A stretch of 50,475 nt of DNA from Clostridia bacterium (GTDB lineage Bacteria > Bacillota > Clostridia > Oscillospirales > Acutalibacteraceae): assembly GCA_900767015.1 (NCBI GenBank), contig CAAFXQ010000261.1:1-50475 (forward strand). The letters run 5' to 3'. A model generated the notes under the pieces. The model saw only the letters and a list, made by a program, of their open reading frames with translations, was not told the origin of the DNA and made no database searches. The translations under genes were made by a program, and so were the position numbers. Shown piece after piece: positions 40,601 to 44,556 of this stretch. Position 1 is the stretch's first letter; every line of letters starts with the position of its first letter.

Positions 40601-43600
40601 GCCGTTGAATCCGGCAAATGTTGTTTTTTGTATTGTGCTTGTTGAAAGGAATCTGTTAACAGGGAAGTGAAGCGGAACGGCTTTTGTCTGATTGTTTGCA
40701 ACCTTTGCTCCGTCCCAAATCCAGTCAATAAGCGTATCACCAAACATGTTATACAGGGTCTGCGTCAGCAAACCGATATTTGTAAAGTAATACTTTGTGC
40801 CTGTGCCGTTGTTCTGATAATATGCGGGCTCTGTTTTAGAAACCGTTTTGTTTCCGTCAGCATCAGTTGTAACCTGCATCAAAACATTATCAAAGGTGGT
40901 CGGCTTCGATGTAGTTGATGTCGCTTTAATTAAAAGCGCAAGCAAACCGTCTGTGCCGTTGCTGAGAGCATCAACAAGACCCAATTTTGTCAAGGTGGAT
41001 TCAAGCAAATCCCAAACCTTGAGTTCTATAACATCAATTCCGCCTAAAAGATCAACAATAATTTTAGCTGATACATTTTTTAGTTTCGGAATAATCTGGT
41101 CGTATTCGAGTGCAGCAAGGAGGTTCGGCAAAATTTCAAGAATTGTCTGAACCGGTTTGACAAACAGAACATTATCAAGCCAATAGGTGATCGGTTCAAG
41201 AAGATATTGGAATAAAGTAACACCGTTGTTTGTCAAAACTACCAAGTCGCCTTTTTCTTCGGTTTGACAAGCAGCATCAATATCTGCTCTTGAATGGAAG
41301 CCGTTCGGATTCGAGCTCGAACGTTCATTGATACCCAAAAGTTTATAAAGAGGTACAAACAATCGATCATAAAGGGAGTCACCGGTGTTTTGAACGTTAA
41401 TTGTAACATTGAGACTACCAACCGCACCGGTTACTGACTTTGTTTGTCCGGTTACTAATGCTGCAAGGGGAGAACCGAGACCAGAGAAAACAGCGGCGAG
41501 AGAATGATACAAGTCATCAGGATTTTTTATGTGCCAGCATTCTTCATTACTCGTTATTTTTGTCCAATCAACATCATCCCAATATGTGTAACTACCTTTT
41601 ATTGGGATAAAAGCAATCGTGGCCATTTTTTCACTTTTTGTAGCTCCTACGGTGGCGCAAGCTTGAATTATTTGAGAATAATTATAGTTCGAGCCCATGA
41701 ACTGACCATCGAAAAAGTGTCCCCATGTTACATCGGTAGTCTTGTCACTTTGATTTCCAAAGTTAGTGTTCCAGAAGAAATGGTGAGGCTGATTCGGAAT
41801 AGCAGTTTTCGCAACTGAAGGAACAGTTCTTGGAAGATATACATTACCTACTCCGACATTTATATCTGCACTACTTCCATATGTACTTTCTGTCATAAGG
41901 GCATTGCCAAGCATCGGATAAATCGTCTGGAACAACATTGTCTGAATATTGCCGGAATAGAGAAGCTTCAGAATCGTGTTGATAAGGAATTCACGAAGAT
42001 TGTTAATCTTAGAACCTGCCGTGTGTTTTGTGCCGTTTGCTTCTGTGTATGCATATTTCCATGTACCAAGCCCCTCTCCGTTTTGCTCCATAAGCTTTCC
42101 GAGAAGAGTACCAAGGTCATCCGAAATAATCATGTTATCGAAATCGGCAACAGCGGCATCCATAAGATTTCTAACCTGTGTAACGTCTACGTCTCCGATT
42201 TTAAGACCGATTTTGTTGACAGCGTCTTTGATAATGGTTACATCAAGCTTATTAACAGCCGTCAGCCAGCCCCAGTTGTAATAATTGTTACCGCTCGAGC
42301 TTGAAACATCTTTAAAGAGATACTGAAGAATCTTCCTATCATGTGTTGCGCCGTTATTATTGTCCGAAATTGCGTCGGATTTCAGCTTTCCAAGATTTGT
42401 CTTGAAATCAACGGCAGAGTTATAGTAACCTGCGATTGTATTGAAACGTGTGTTGAGGTTGTCAACTGACGGCATACCGTCAGCCGGAACGTAAGCGGGC
42501 GCACTGTCAAGGTACATACCGAGAGTTGCAATGTCGGTTTCGATAGCATTATAACTGTCTATAATCGCTTCGAAGTTGTAGTATACAACTTTGTTGCCGC
42601 CTTCTTTATAGTAGGTTTCAACTCTCGTAACCTGGTCAACGATTCTCTGCGCAACAGCACCTTTAATCGTATTGATATAGGTTGTATACTCATCGATGCC
42701 GTCCGGATAGACTGCGGCATAAACAGCCGCATTGTTTGTATCCTTGCTGAGGGCAACAGCCTTATTGTAAAGTGTTCTGAATTCTTCGGAATACGCCGTC
42801 AACTGCTTATAGGTCATTCCGTTGAATACCGTTGTCTTGATGAGGTTATCCATCTTGGCTTTGTTTTCGAAATGCTGATAACCGTTAACATCAATCTTAA
42901 CCGTGTCCATTTTCGCAAGAAGCTGGTTATACAGGGCTTCCGTTATACGGTTTCCGGTTGCGGAGAAAGACTCCTTAACGTCCTCGAATGTACCGTATCC
43001 GAGAACGAACGTGTCAATGTTTTCTTTCAGAACCGTTGCTCTGTTGATGAAGTCCTTGGCTTTGGCTTCATCTGCACTGCCCGGCCATGCTGCGGTTGCG
43101 TCTTCACTCTCATGGTCATAAGTGGGTACTTCTTCCGCAAGGAGCGCAGCAAGCTCATCGGCATATACTTTAGCATATGCTCTTGCAACGTCAGCTTTCA
43201 AGGTTGCCATGTATTTTGTTACGGTTACATTGTAATAGTCAGCACCGCCGTCAAAATGCGGAAGAATCAGAGCAAAGATATTTTCACCTTTATAGTTGGT
43301 CTGATTATGTAAATTGTTATCAATGGCAACAACGCTTTTATAGAAAGCGAGAAGTTCATCGGCCGTATAAGCGGAATAATCCGTTGCCATTTTCTCGTCA
43401 AACTGCTTTTTATAGCTGGAAGCGTAAGCGTTGTTAATAGCGTCAAGAAGACCGTTGTTGATCCAGTCTTCGGTTTCGGCGTAAGTCTTTCCGACTCTCT
43501 CTGCGACATAGTGATCCCAAAGCTCATCGGGTTCTGCTGACTGAGAAAGAATTGCCGCCGTCTGGAACGCAGACAAAACGTTTGCGCACGACTTATCGCC

Positions 43601-44383
43601 GACAACAAGCTCCATAATCTGATCAACCGTCATGGAGGCAAGATCAAGATTGAACCATGTGATAAATGCGTCCGGAGCGACACAGTCGGTCAAGGCTGCC
43701 TTGATTGCGGCAACCGTCGTATCTTCTTCGGGGTTCAGAACCGTTGTCGAAGTAAAGGAAATCGTGTCGGGCGTAATGGCAAAAACGCTGCCCTTCGTTG
43801 TAATCGTAAACTTCAACTGAGCGGTATAATATGTACGGTCGGTTTCGATATCCTCAATCTTGTCGTAAGCAAGGATATCATAGCCCGTACCGATATTGAG
43901 GGTACGAGAGAGACTACTTCCCGTAAATCCGCCGGTTTCAGTAGTGCCGAACGTGAAGTAGCTCAAAACTTTCTGCACGTCGGCCTGCGTCGCACCGGTC
44001 GAGCCGTCCGCACTGGTAAGACCGCCACTTACCATGTCGCTTACGGCCTTATCAACAATGTCCTTATAGGTGTTGACAGTACCGGTTGTGGACGATGTGA
44101 CCGCCTTTGCATAAGCGGAGAACGCTTTTGCGACGTTATACCATCCCGAATGATAGGTATCGACCGCAACCGCATAGTTGGTGCCGCTTGTCAGCGACGG
44201 GACTCGAGAGGTATCTCCGGAATTGATTGCTTCCATCAAGCCGTCGTAGTCCATGTTGATTTGCGTGTACAGGTTTCTCAGCTGTGATTCACCGGCGCCA
44301 AGAACGCTGAAGCACACAGAAACACTGGATACTATCATCATGATAGCTAACACGCAACTCAATGCTTTCTTTCCAAGTTTCAT
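16601..44383 (-). CDS. Giant (9,260-aa, ~1 MDa) secreted modular repeat protein of unknown function
   Basis: Uninterrupted 27,783-nt ORF. AAGGAGGA lies 7 nt upstream of the ATG. The N-terminus MKLGKKALSCVLAIMMIVSSVSVCFSVLGAG/ES is a Sec-type signal. A terminator lies directly downstream. By eye I saw no LPXTG, SLH, RTX nonapeptides, NRPS/PKS core motifs or Ig/cadherin-type adhesin repeats. Confidence 0.9.
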   Translation of the reverse strand: MKLGKKALSCVLAIMMIVSSVSVCFSVLGAGESQLRNLYTQINMDYDGLMEAINSGDTSRVPSLTSGTNYAVAVDTYHSGWYNVAKAFSAYAKAVTSSTTGTVNTYKDIVDKAVSDMVSGGLTSADGSTGATQADVQKVLSYFTFGTTETGGFTGSSLSRTLNIGTGYDILAYDKIEDIETDRTYYTAQLKFTITTKGSVFAITPDTISFTSTTVLNPEEDTTVAAIKAALTDCVAPDAFITWFNLDLASMTVDQIMELVVGDKSCANVLSAFQTAAILSQSAEPDELWDHYVAERVGKTYAETEDWINNGLLDAINNAYASSYKKQFDEKMATDYSAYTADELLAFYKSVVAIDNNLHNQTNYKGENIFALILPHFDGGADYYNVTVTKYMATLKADVARAYAKVYADELAALLAEEVPTYDHESEDATAAWPGSADEAKAKDFINRATVLKENIDTFVLGYGTFEDVKESFSATGNRITEALYNQLLAKMDTVKIDVNGYQHFENKAKMDNLIKTTVFNGMTYKQLTAYSEEFRTLYNKAVALSKDTNNAAVYAAVYPDGIDEYTTYINTIKGAVAQRIVDQVTRVETYYKEGGNKVVYYNFEAIIDSYNAIETDIATLGMYLDSAPAYVPADGMPSVDNLNTRFNTIAGYYNSAVDFKTNLGKLKSDAISDNNNGATHDRKILQYLFKDVSSSSGNNYYNWGWLTAVNKLDVTIIKDAVNKIGLKIGDVDVTQVRNLMDAAVADFDNMIISDDLGTLLGKLMEQNGEGLGTWKYAYTEANGTKHTAGSKINNLREFLINTILKLLYSGNIQTMLFQTIYPMLGNALMTESTYGSSADINVGVGNVYLPRTVPSVAKTAIPNQPHHFFWNTNFGNQSDKTTDVTWGHFFDGQFMGSNYNYSQIIQACATVGATKSEKMATIAFIPIKGSYTYWDDVDWTKITSNEECWHIKNPDDLYHSLAAVFSGLGSPLAALVTGQTKSVTGAVGSLNVTINVQNTGDSLYDRLFVPLYKLLGINERSSSNPNGFHSRADIDAACQTEEKGDLVVLTNNGVTLFQYLLEPITYWLDNVLFVKPVQTILEILPNLLAALEYDQIIPKLKNVSAKIIVDLLGGIDVIELKVWDLLESTLTKLGLVDALSNGTDGLLALLIKATSTTSKPTTFDNVLMQVTTDADGNKTVSKTEPAYYQNNGTGTKYYFTNIGLLTQTLYNMFGDTLIDWIWDGAKVANNQTKAVPLHFPVNRFLSTSTIQKTTFAGFNGTMTTYHAKTDPGDTLLNLFRWLFDDGVIYEIAPLLRGMLDTADSEKSTTDTILQIANGQADSLMAVLICLLNDYNIDFDAYKDPVKDGTFVDDSGVSYLNPDNTTKFQLGNYLNESLADSGDPANPNTTYEQKMAKADLAVENFDKVLTSLVPMIVSLLGDLTEGTAAGETLTKLGFDKVIQQVKNGELTTVTQVLGSLFISNDLVAMLMKLLVGTHEVDPETGKEDKGLLGGLLGDPTSIVNKLAAALAEFGIDLTPLGFYNSALSGAGKNDNIARWLNYQAGRHKYGAAGGISVDLAKTELANMTWADIGVHEGNTWFTVAGFDSYANTRKSFENFTDFVSDLLTPLNPLLAVILTGEDITLMDELTIQGNEGYSRAIVPLLEAFGLDSACKTQAEFNQYVYGSTTINKNGKRMATMTNSPLTLVLNALIDLLIGATEADRGLLKAPIATLFEKLPNIAYFLYQYPTGEKKADGSAKTTNNLSVAVLNLVAPVLKLLEIADPILSRVVNLDINALLEQYLDFETLLNTMLSRFMGDENATVNMKMIDFGKIAADSATKADVNASTKRGNGVTTFTKFDSTAGQLLITLMRNLMSPELVQFIADTVLAGINNEKDIVDAEDVEAQERIEKIVENIAHNLNAILENGNGAVRVDIVTGILIDLLTDYTPDDGNAYFYNLLNSADAAIAEAAKEEYGIEHSGYDWEATKDKFTKDGTEQAIDNIDYVIQKAVPDVLAALLEEGVIKNLPIDYDFTNGEGLWSFIQSVASENLLTDDIMNAIGNLFVKIFGSSDSKTTEMVISILKSAGFDVSTAKYLYKADGTTLTQFASYMLYGFDKDSTGNYRIEKDTKTGRIYVYEGGNRTELTWAAIYDNHAVLAYAFDENNEIILVDGKPKYAVVQVKDEAGNLVDKTEKEYDADGKLVSETPVYSKTMLSSGYTRTMDGDKYVYTYTDKDGAEQTVSLKYDQLKVYTVGEGEDAVTYKLSAKHNTEDAPNWSWGIDACTGDTTQTIFTAKKDQLLNDLWELLTPFAPLFSMLIAGDGLKLFDGGLNIEGNKGYENVLLPLLNAFGLNGVLEYIQNTTDPVTGKTIYETMNEGKPAGQKIPTQVMTADEYYDLVYDDAGKLDVDGMGKAVKTFCNYVFYFLEILVTCPVSSLSTALPTLAYFIYGDGLTTLVSNVLIPLTTFTNRLKEIINLDLNAIASGLVDVLATGSWESFQEALQSYVEIDPDTGEIIVHEVAVKSFTDSLLRYIGSMEFDLSSVLASKDTVITDENRNDYKYSIVLFIDKDTEVEAKKLAASENEEDVTLARKMRGDALKNFFKSIAALGDPKTDSNLVAIDNNGQVKVSRAELLMFLLNFLFENTTIKQVLGNLLGYNLTDENGDDAELLDEIITNVFQNPEALVEVIVGLFTSYTVKGQKEITLVNIESETHREFFEDAGYASHEEVLKAIEAGQDVTELSRVKTSAAIDNLDRLIGTILNLFKAELTKQDDPATTDVDETGLFAKLGLTADDDITLKNAVDALLKGYLYKDENINKIVSLLIGLLGDKKNAQIVNIVVSIAEGAGYSLTPQTYAKNVPALKDIIGTSKKWSQVAASHMEYVYEYKDGDKTVTVYSPDENKTNIDGHAVTPVYVQATDKDGNALWEDEAKTKPVYTDVQKQAVQIHATWNINTRDQFVDMVWSLVQPLSTIFEVLLTGGNLSIYEKANIRGLEGYKGVILPLIKALGIDHLYQLDENGKETTNLYYTNYYATYEAFEKAVYGEDLVRGNDDDNLELLLKSIVDAIFALVDSVCDRPVSTIATILPYLARFLESKGIDTILENLLAPVTTITEKISVIYNIDLLGTVKSLLKNLIKNANADAGVATTSYEPEAQTVASAAAAAYVLDIVEDNEASSEDVMANVLSEDIMALADEGAETQTEEPEMTFLDIIWQVIDGVTFTINGNEIALRDIVGDTLFIDLASCAWLPENGSYVAKVEINDDRRSGQITRTPATEYTVDRETVLLKVLDWVVFNAGVRDTVGGLLNIDFDSLTTIQKEDDNYLLTVLLYSVFDDAEAVERLVIDLLSWYEVEYRAQRTKTDYSEVAQADPIDYENIGIDKAQLEKLPADLDSLVNAILPAVMTMLPEGALGSLKLEGTSVEEILHNLVVGLLADSSTTVDGETVVTTGNMTKLVAMLVKLLGGNETLVTVIPMLKEIVPGLDLSLEYFKASSPAFATYFADCETWEDAYEAHKVKVKFDETTAEKDSEGKIIVPAQDKDGFIYDTSKPVYELDAEGKQIPATTTSTIVKIGDTTYYTTAGDGTGDVIEGAYVVETDTDGNPVFEYQYDVELKNANSFGIKEYQDVLDLLADILTPLAKVLRLMLTEDNLVLLDGITITAGDGYDRFIVPLFEVFGIENIMDKYEFAELSDNDFTAKVISYIDAIISKIAFSPIQTIVDALPQLFFFIYSEGLAQSVEQLVAPIITLVDLVNDVTAQKINVDGREDALVALDIYALITDLINTKVMDALGLDHVSDIYGLVNVFLTAEGLQNLLKKVIAKYEEDKGVTVDLGDFKIETLFKDIIGKCCTITDVETVRYFGATVTSSNTRVVKGVLANRADTLIQIVSETVLSGEFLKGILAALGVTLNENVETIINAVTGDNRYVIFKVLLKYFNDYDVETMALEYLSFKKADYAYTDYVEGTTLTQRKLRRAIKKFDKALLAAIPNLVPLLESNDTFAAILDKIGGYHKQSLKDLVHDILNAYAFNNETMTSLIGMLIGLLGGENLSGTLATLIPLLDNVVGLDISPEAFTHTSSDALNEFISAAVDAAPATDPVLDENGKPVLDEEGNPTTKPHTATWADVVSYYTAYGYTYTVNGADGEETTETVYLRNKDATTYTVGSETYPLEQIVNYAYTYTVTESGKDVVKTITFTNSDETVYKVTSGETTTEYTLTRDAENDARETKVGGEAYDWGIDGDYNARKNAFVSILAGLINPLEPILNFVLRSDDIKILTDEHGENAVLTLKGNNGYENAIYPLLQALAVDQFAGGTLVDPSTYNGARGTATTLTALTDAIFVVIDTLCEKPIEFILTLLPSLSYFISCNGVQFFLENLLSPIFAIFDLAEPVVGPILDNLIGPLVSPYLEPYMPADAGTPYERDVTDPETGETKKETYKVYTVKEITGIAGENGSNLVTIINKLVSSFLVTSKEDGEQYETLQVLDNSTFESYAQHTIKINESNNNSKWYYWYNDPVTGKSVKVASTDYDLATMGAVTRERYVVENFSVDIADSLVFLLDTVLSEDILGVIADMLNADLNDEGNAISVILNNLINGNFNGLVVSDIVTKLFEGYEVTYAELNGKLITPDHSAYDELTADQKNKIENVPSQLDTIIDNAIPTLLPILKTLLAPKTDEATGETEKPSVIYTFLCEYLDSLTESDTASLRGIVDALLSGKLYTDEMTSMIARLIPTVCNIQIVNLVFTVFTYGDYTLDPQGYISLIKAHYGAADKRTIAMAEVIGDCKTWQEVVDRNTAPEDGKLPTLDFGVKDLATFKAALSVILYPLFPILQVATQGKTLSIFSHTAESYVKVDEEDVSPTDDDKIIGNGYIRLQGTNGYEIAILPLVDTLQGADKHPGEIKTQAEFNQIKTVEELLDYLFKLVFFLVDDLVADPVAFLSDNLASLVYYIANDGIFKLVDTLIGAINAVAAVIDPIYYEGGIRLHFNVLKLEDTGSEKGLLSTINEALAKANIDIRITTDMLFDLAGKIGEYKVIDSLRSNANIALIDDEGRYVDKDGNVLTEEQLAAAGRKITTIVGSHKYIFTGLIDFVLSDDILGKLVTSDMTASLPEIVQQIINNVTGEDAVSNIVDVFIKLLNKYVVEYKAIEDPAEALQKIVIDYSKRTVTQADTLNAINNADDLIGAILGIFEFGSLEGLLNQYLYTDNIVNLILNALVGLIANLDDKTWDTINTVLGYVKDIINVDIDITPQGYAKLSKELKAFIGESTTWKQVADTYTEYEYSYLTGEKDAEGNDITATYYGAKDLLKANIGDKEVELTPVYQYTYLTGEKDTDGKDKTATYNGAPGLTTATIGDKEYELKDGKPITKLNINCEWGVSAAVGKDAKAEALVDAVTALLKPFDPILKLLLSGGTYNFAANGTYGDSLGAFGEINIMGGSGYNYAIIPLLEALGVQNVYTQAEYDLQLETGESSLAYILNAILKTLNDNLDEPLNYLLGFIANLAYTVSKNGLTTIISNLIAPISELIKAVQGVIPVSVTLNLMGLINNTEILQVYLGDQVAQHNAEVGVNIDLNAATLEELVRAAIQKFIPALDLDFNTARLAAQAVAVGEGGTITLNPSKVNSNWDICIGTPGGNITGNAADTLIALAEMILTPENIDAVLKLLKVDLTKLPQELQDIINNAIKDPQSLVDAIIKLLNGRYDVETIVMIYKYLGAEDYDYRDDGVWKSSTTRAIGKLDKIVGNAVPKVIKILATQEKPIQLIADIYKALGDNATIENIVDWALKKYAFNDGMANTLVGLLIGVLGGLDAKTMDLIQTLVDQIVEIDLTPAGVAAISNANGGKIAGLIATVTASDTEKGLTWADVANAYTKYAYTYVTGQNAEGQDITETYYGAKGLQKETIDGKEYSLTPDLDESENQKTKVILDYVWNVTDKESFFGVVYELTAIFEDLLDFLLRGENIRVLIDGFVLKGANTYDNAIVPLGKALGISLKAGDQIATSNDMIREVVDGIFGLVDKLEKAPLSTILELVGSASFFIANNGIETSLNSLLSPITSLLSIVENIVTMDDINAIMKNYLKISIEDITTIAGEHGEKLVALINEAVAGLNIVGPDGTTPVTKLLDADFFEELSKYGIDVKDTSEVDKPTNEWSVDKTDVLMYLLQTVFTDDILDFICKAAGIDTNEQLASVVKSLAGKEDEIVDIIVMLVTEYSIKYSKIRQEDITKIPVSMKDTRITDTNIESALTAIDGIIPTVLGLVKGNGATLESIINDLLKKADLGNLVMNLLVPVLAKLDNGSVDIAEILGYVKEVTNIDLDITPAAFTNGKFGSQLANFIGDAKTWSDVQAKYTKYAYTYIDADGKEQSYYGAEGETKYIVGEGEDAKTYDLKPVYVKETDAEGNEVETDKQVTAVKSDFDWKLNGLEDIVNLVCDMLLPFDIIFRVILQGDQIIVLQDPDENDIRIYGGNGYNYAIIPLLEAFGIDPLSQADYDASIDSIYSGSSIKYILDEIVTMVEDLLNAPVQTLLEKLANIFYFVGSEGINGVVSNLVAPINVLIDEIDDVYPLAISVDLNMLGVDNSKILVTYLGKEHPGLKAGLSVNVASTDLADLINSAIGSIKIGDSVINLSLNLDWNEIASKMARTQDPAEKDTLGAELVKNPSKQVYNIGEVTNKDEVDDYVNIEGDVVDTFITLLQTILTADNTEGIAALIKSLIPASLDSTIAQIIYDVLNDPDAIENLIGVVVLVLCGQYNVDDSKDFFYAFLGALDFSDYSKMNDLNTAIEKFDNMIGRAVPTVVKILGATAKEDSFLKKLADGVGEDATLESIVNWALTEYAFNNDTFSKLINTIVKALAGALTADLTKTIDNLLGIDLAPKAFAAATGNSKVINYVGDSATWNDVLALRADKISDTEYKFKPYDWAANDKDSFVGLVLDLLKPLEPILSFVLMGTPLEFEIEGIQLKGGRAFEKAINPLIRALGIETNSAATANEAIGNVVDYVFELVDMICEAPLTTILSVLSNLSFFIANDNLQPLIENLAAPILGIVDLASSIISRDQLDGILKGLIGMGLTDIIEIGNNGGANLIGFINELIKGIEIKDENDKVIYTINLLPEDFFVELSKYAIDVQDVVHADANIGTETNDWDVNTGNALMYILATVLDENFLKTIFTKVGVNTSEDLGATLLTLADKEYDLADVIIMLLNDYSITYKRIQQADLGTATAPYYGALDHKNTTDAIKALDPLLVSVLGMLGVGDLKSLIDGLISDADLGNLLMNLLVPVLAKLNLEDILSYVNELTNLGISSLAPSVFANDTFGSQLKNFITAAATDADGDGSISDAELAKVTWKDVEKTYTKYVYTYTDANGKAATYYSTLDGLTMADVDNNSTTADVEVTQVKTYKYSYTVTAEDGSDKTEYYYSDKADLLTADVDNNKDTAEVAVTLVEATANKTMHSTFDWKISTKEDLANFACDLLAPLDVVFQVLLCGRQIIAIEDPEVERRADIRINGGYGYNYAVLPLLEAFGADPLTQVQYESRVRTDGSSLKYILEVLFTEVDEILATPVNELLSRLANLFYFIGSDGINTIAENLLAPVNTLIDEIDDVYPIAIRIDLAAAKIVDTYIGVAHDGIPDGISINVSGEALADFINKAIGSLNINGTEIKLSLDLDWNALAAKMAKKDGAGNIITIDTKQDYTKYPVCEDGDDLENITGDPADTLVTLLDTALTAENSENIKNLVEGLLKDVTLDETIKNIINDILNDPNAIKNLVATVVLILTGSYDVTILPYIYKFLGTVDFNNIDGLDDAIVSLDKVLNKAAPVVITMLADTSKDEAEWTLLEKIAKAIEGKADADLADIVDYLLGSMLFTDDMMATITSALVKALAGFLTADLANTLNKLLGVNLAPTAFAAATGNAQLIAYVTVTPADTEAGVTWADVLKAHSHETGKVDENGDAIVKIDPVFTGVGSKDAFVSTVLDLLTPLESVLAFLLTGKDLKISVDESTSLSLKGGNAYESALVPLIITGLGLKDLGVAKKDAATANQAVENVLDYVFALVDKVCAAPFSTILTVVGNLSFFIANNDVEIAIQNLAAPVLGILDALDGVISRDQIDGLLKGFIGMGLSDIIGIAGNKGENLINLINDLLSKIEIKDSETGETVYVIKALPTNFFEELAKAAVRIDAPTGALNVDDDVTLWHVENGDTLLYVLDTVLTKDFLKILCTTLNLDTTSTAGDIILSLDGKSEDVAKILVKLLKKYLVEYKAYNQPQLEKIEVTYSSAKSHEQLNEALMNLDSIIPVVLGFIGDGSNSSLKDIVYPLFVKDDIANLLVSSIAKLLSGLPAETIDQVIGYVHQLTNLTDLDINPQAFTNTKFGSKLAAYIGTAKTWNEVWLAHSEETTAEDGTVTRTATAFDWGITSTADLVNLVCDMLLPLDGVLALLLMGGTDRAAFEKTGVHNGSKITAFDEINVIGGNGYNYAVIPVLELLGISAKTQAEYEAYVAANHGSTLKYILDAVFAKVDEILDKPIANVLPILANLCYVIGNDNLETIVQNLIAPVNNLLEAVDPIFPIAINVNLGNIGTDKSIAETYIGKAHPGVDAGVQITVKGSDLAVLLNNVLAGIAINGKPLGITLELDWLKLAATAAANTDGDKFIDMTGSSMSTKYDIYNGADYQNVVGDPADTFVTLVKLILTQENYEKLLEILGKPDGFGEPIDSLIEEIIKDPTKLIDIIVDLIGGGDVSYIPVQNRSIKTKKFDYSTYIMLTEANADIIANNLDDLIMKILGKTDFGSLKGLLGQKYINNATINLLLDKLVPLLGGSTVANILNVVKSMSTEETDLDFTVQGYYAKFIDNYDYYTDTSKYQAGNVFLNNGAKLLEAAAAKEDGTWADVGSFAGTDWGIKDGDIQGFLRVLTDVLTPLNSVLELLLMGEGKALNILDIVKIGGGNGYDYGIIPILEAFGLTAEEVLTYNEYKALCEKDHTQVIGYILTKIGVFAERLLDRPVDTLTTILPNVAYFISNEGVYLAVRNIVAPVFSILELVGRAYNMDFVSMLNVSKLLHNIGFNIQVLGQKYDFKIPEIDFYKLAQEGGTSTKEVATSRSYSANSFTTPTDPFPYINDYGTGKYDGWANKSTQTFIVSDKGDTLTLVITWALEMFGDAHNREALVNWLADVFMLQSGAKQTVAYGIDKMFDTCSKYEVPDIIVAALFQALGIAIQVDAAFSGDINKIQKIYQEIFDALGSNDTCIYGSIAQVMEEITGTWNDTIGDHDQYHDAVDEGEKTLNWFQKLLAKIKAFFQKIFSVFK
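16900..29060 (-). repeat. ~3-kb two-module (A+B) super-repeat, about four copies, in the 3' half of the giant gene
   Basis: A-type cores (GG[NSY]GYNYA[IV][IL]P[LV]LE) lie at ~28135, 25055, 21945 and 19075. B-type cores (G[AG][NR][TA][YF][DE].A[IL].PL) lie at ~26530, 23570 and 20450. Spacing is 2.9-3.1 kb. Some stretches are ~85-90% identical at the DNA level, e.g. 22630-22690 vs 25590-25640 (LGNL[LV]MNLLVPVLAKL). Confidence 0.75.
16900..41400 (-). repeat. 15 divergent tandem coding modules (~1.35-2.05 kb each) making up most of the giant gene
   Basis: The core G-x-x-G-Y-x-x-A-[IVL]-x-P-L-[LI]-x-A-[FL]-G is encoded at ~41325-41385, 39428-39490, 37382-37445, 35411-35472, 33410-33472, 31530-31592, 29780-29842, 28105-28165, 26501-26560, 25027-25085, 23541-23600, 21915-21975, 20425-20480, 19048-19103 and 17632-17689. 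A boundary motif [LIV][LIV]xxYx[VI]x[YF] is encoded near 40410, 38620, 36380, 34420, 32660, 30630, 29060, 27385, 25860, 24240, 22890, 21180, 19750 and 18310. Confidence 0.85.
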
Positions 44384-44527
44384 GAAAGTTTCCTCCTTAG
44401 AATGAAGTATATATTACAAATAGGTCGTCCCTATAGAATACCGAAAGTCAGCCGAACCGGAAAACCGGGCGGCAGAAATTTCAAAAAGGGTACAATTCAC
44501 CCCATAAAGACACCTATAACTATAGGT

Positions 44528-44556
44528 AGTATAACATTCCGTTGTCAGCATTTCAA
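44528..44556 (-). promoter_or_regulatory. Probable promoter of the giant gene (extended -10)
   Basis: On the minus strand: TTGAAA (44551..44556), 17 nt, TGtTATACT (-10 at 44528..44533). This implies a ~135-nt 5' UTR. Confidence 0.5.

Noticed and set aside
17600-41400. Regular spacing of conserved short motifs that could superficially suggest a CRISPR-like or other non-coding repeat array.
   Set aside because: The period is 1.4-2.0 kb, the repeats are diverged at the DNA level, and they all lie in one open reading frame. They are protein modules, not a repeat-spacer array.
16601-44383. The possibility that the giant ORF is an NRPS/PKS megasynthase, an RTX adhesin or a sortase-anchored adhesin.
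   Set aside because: There is an N-terminal Sec signal. Reading the translation, I did not see condensation (HHxxxDG), ketosynthase, carrier-protein, GGxGxD nonapeptide, LPXTG or SLH motifs. This was a by-eye scan and needs HMM confirmation.
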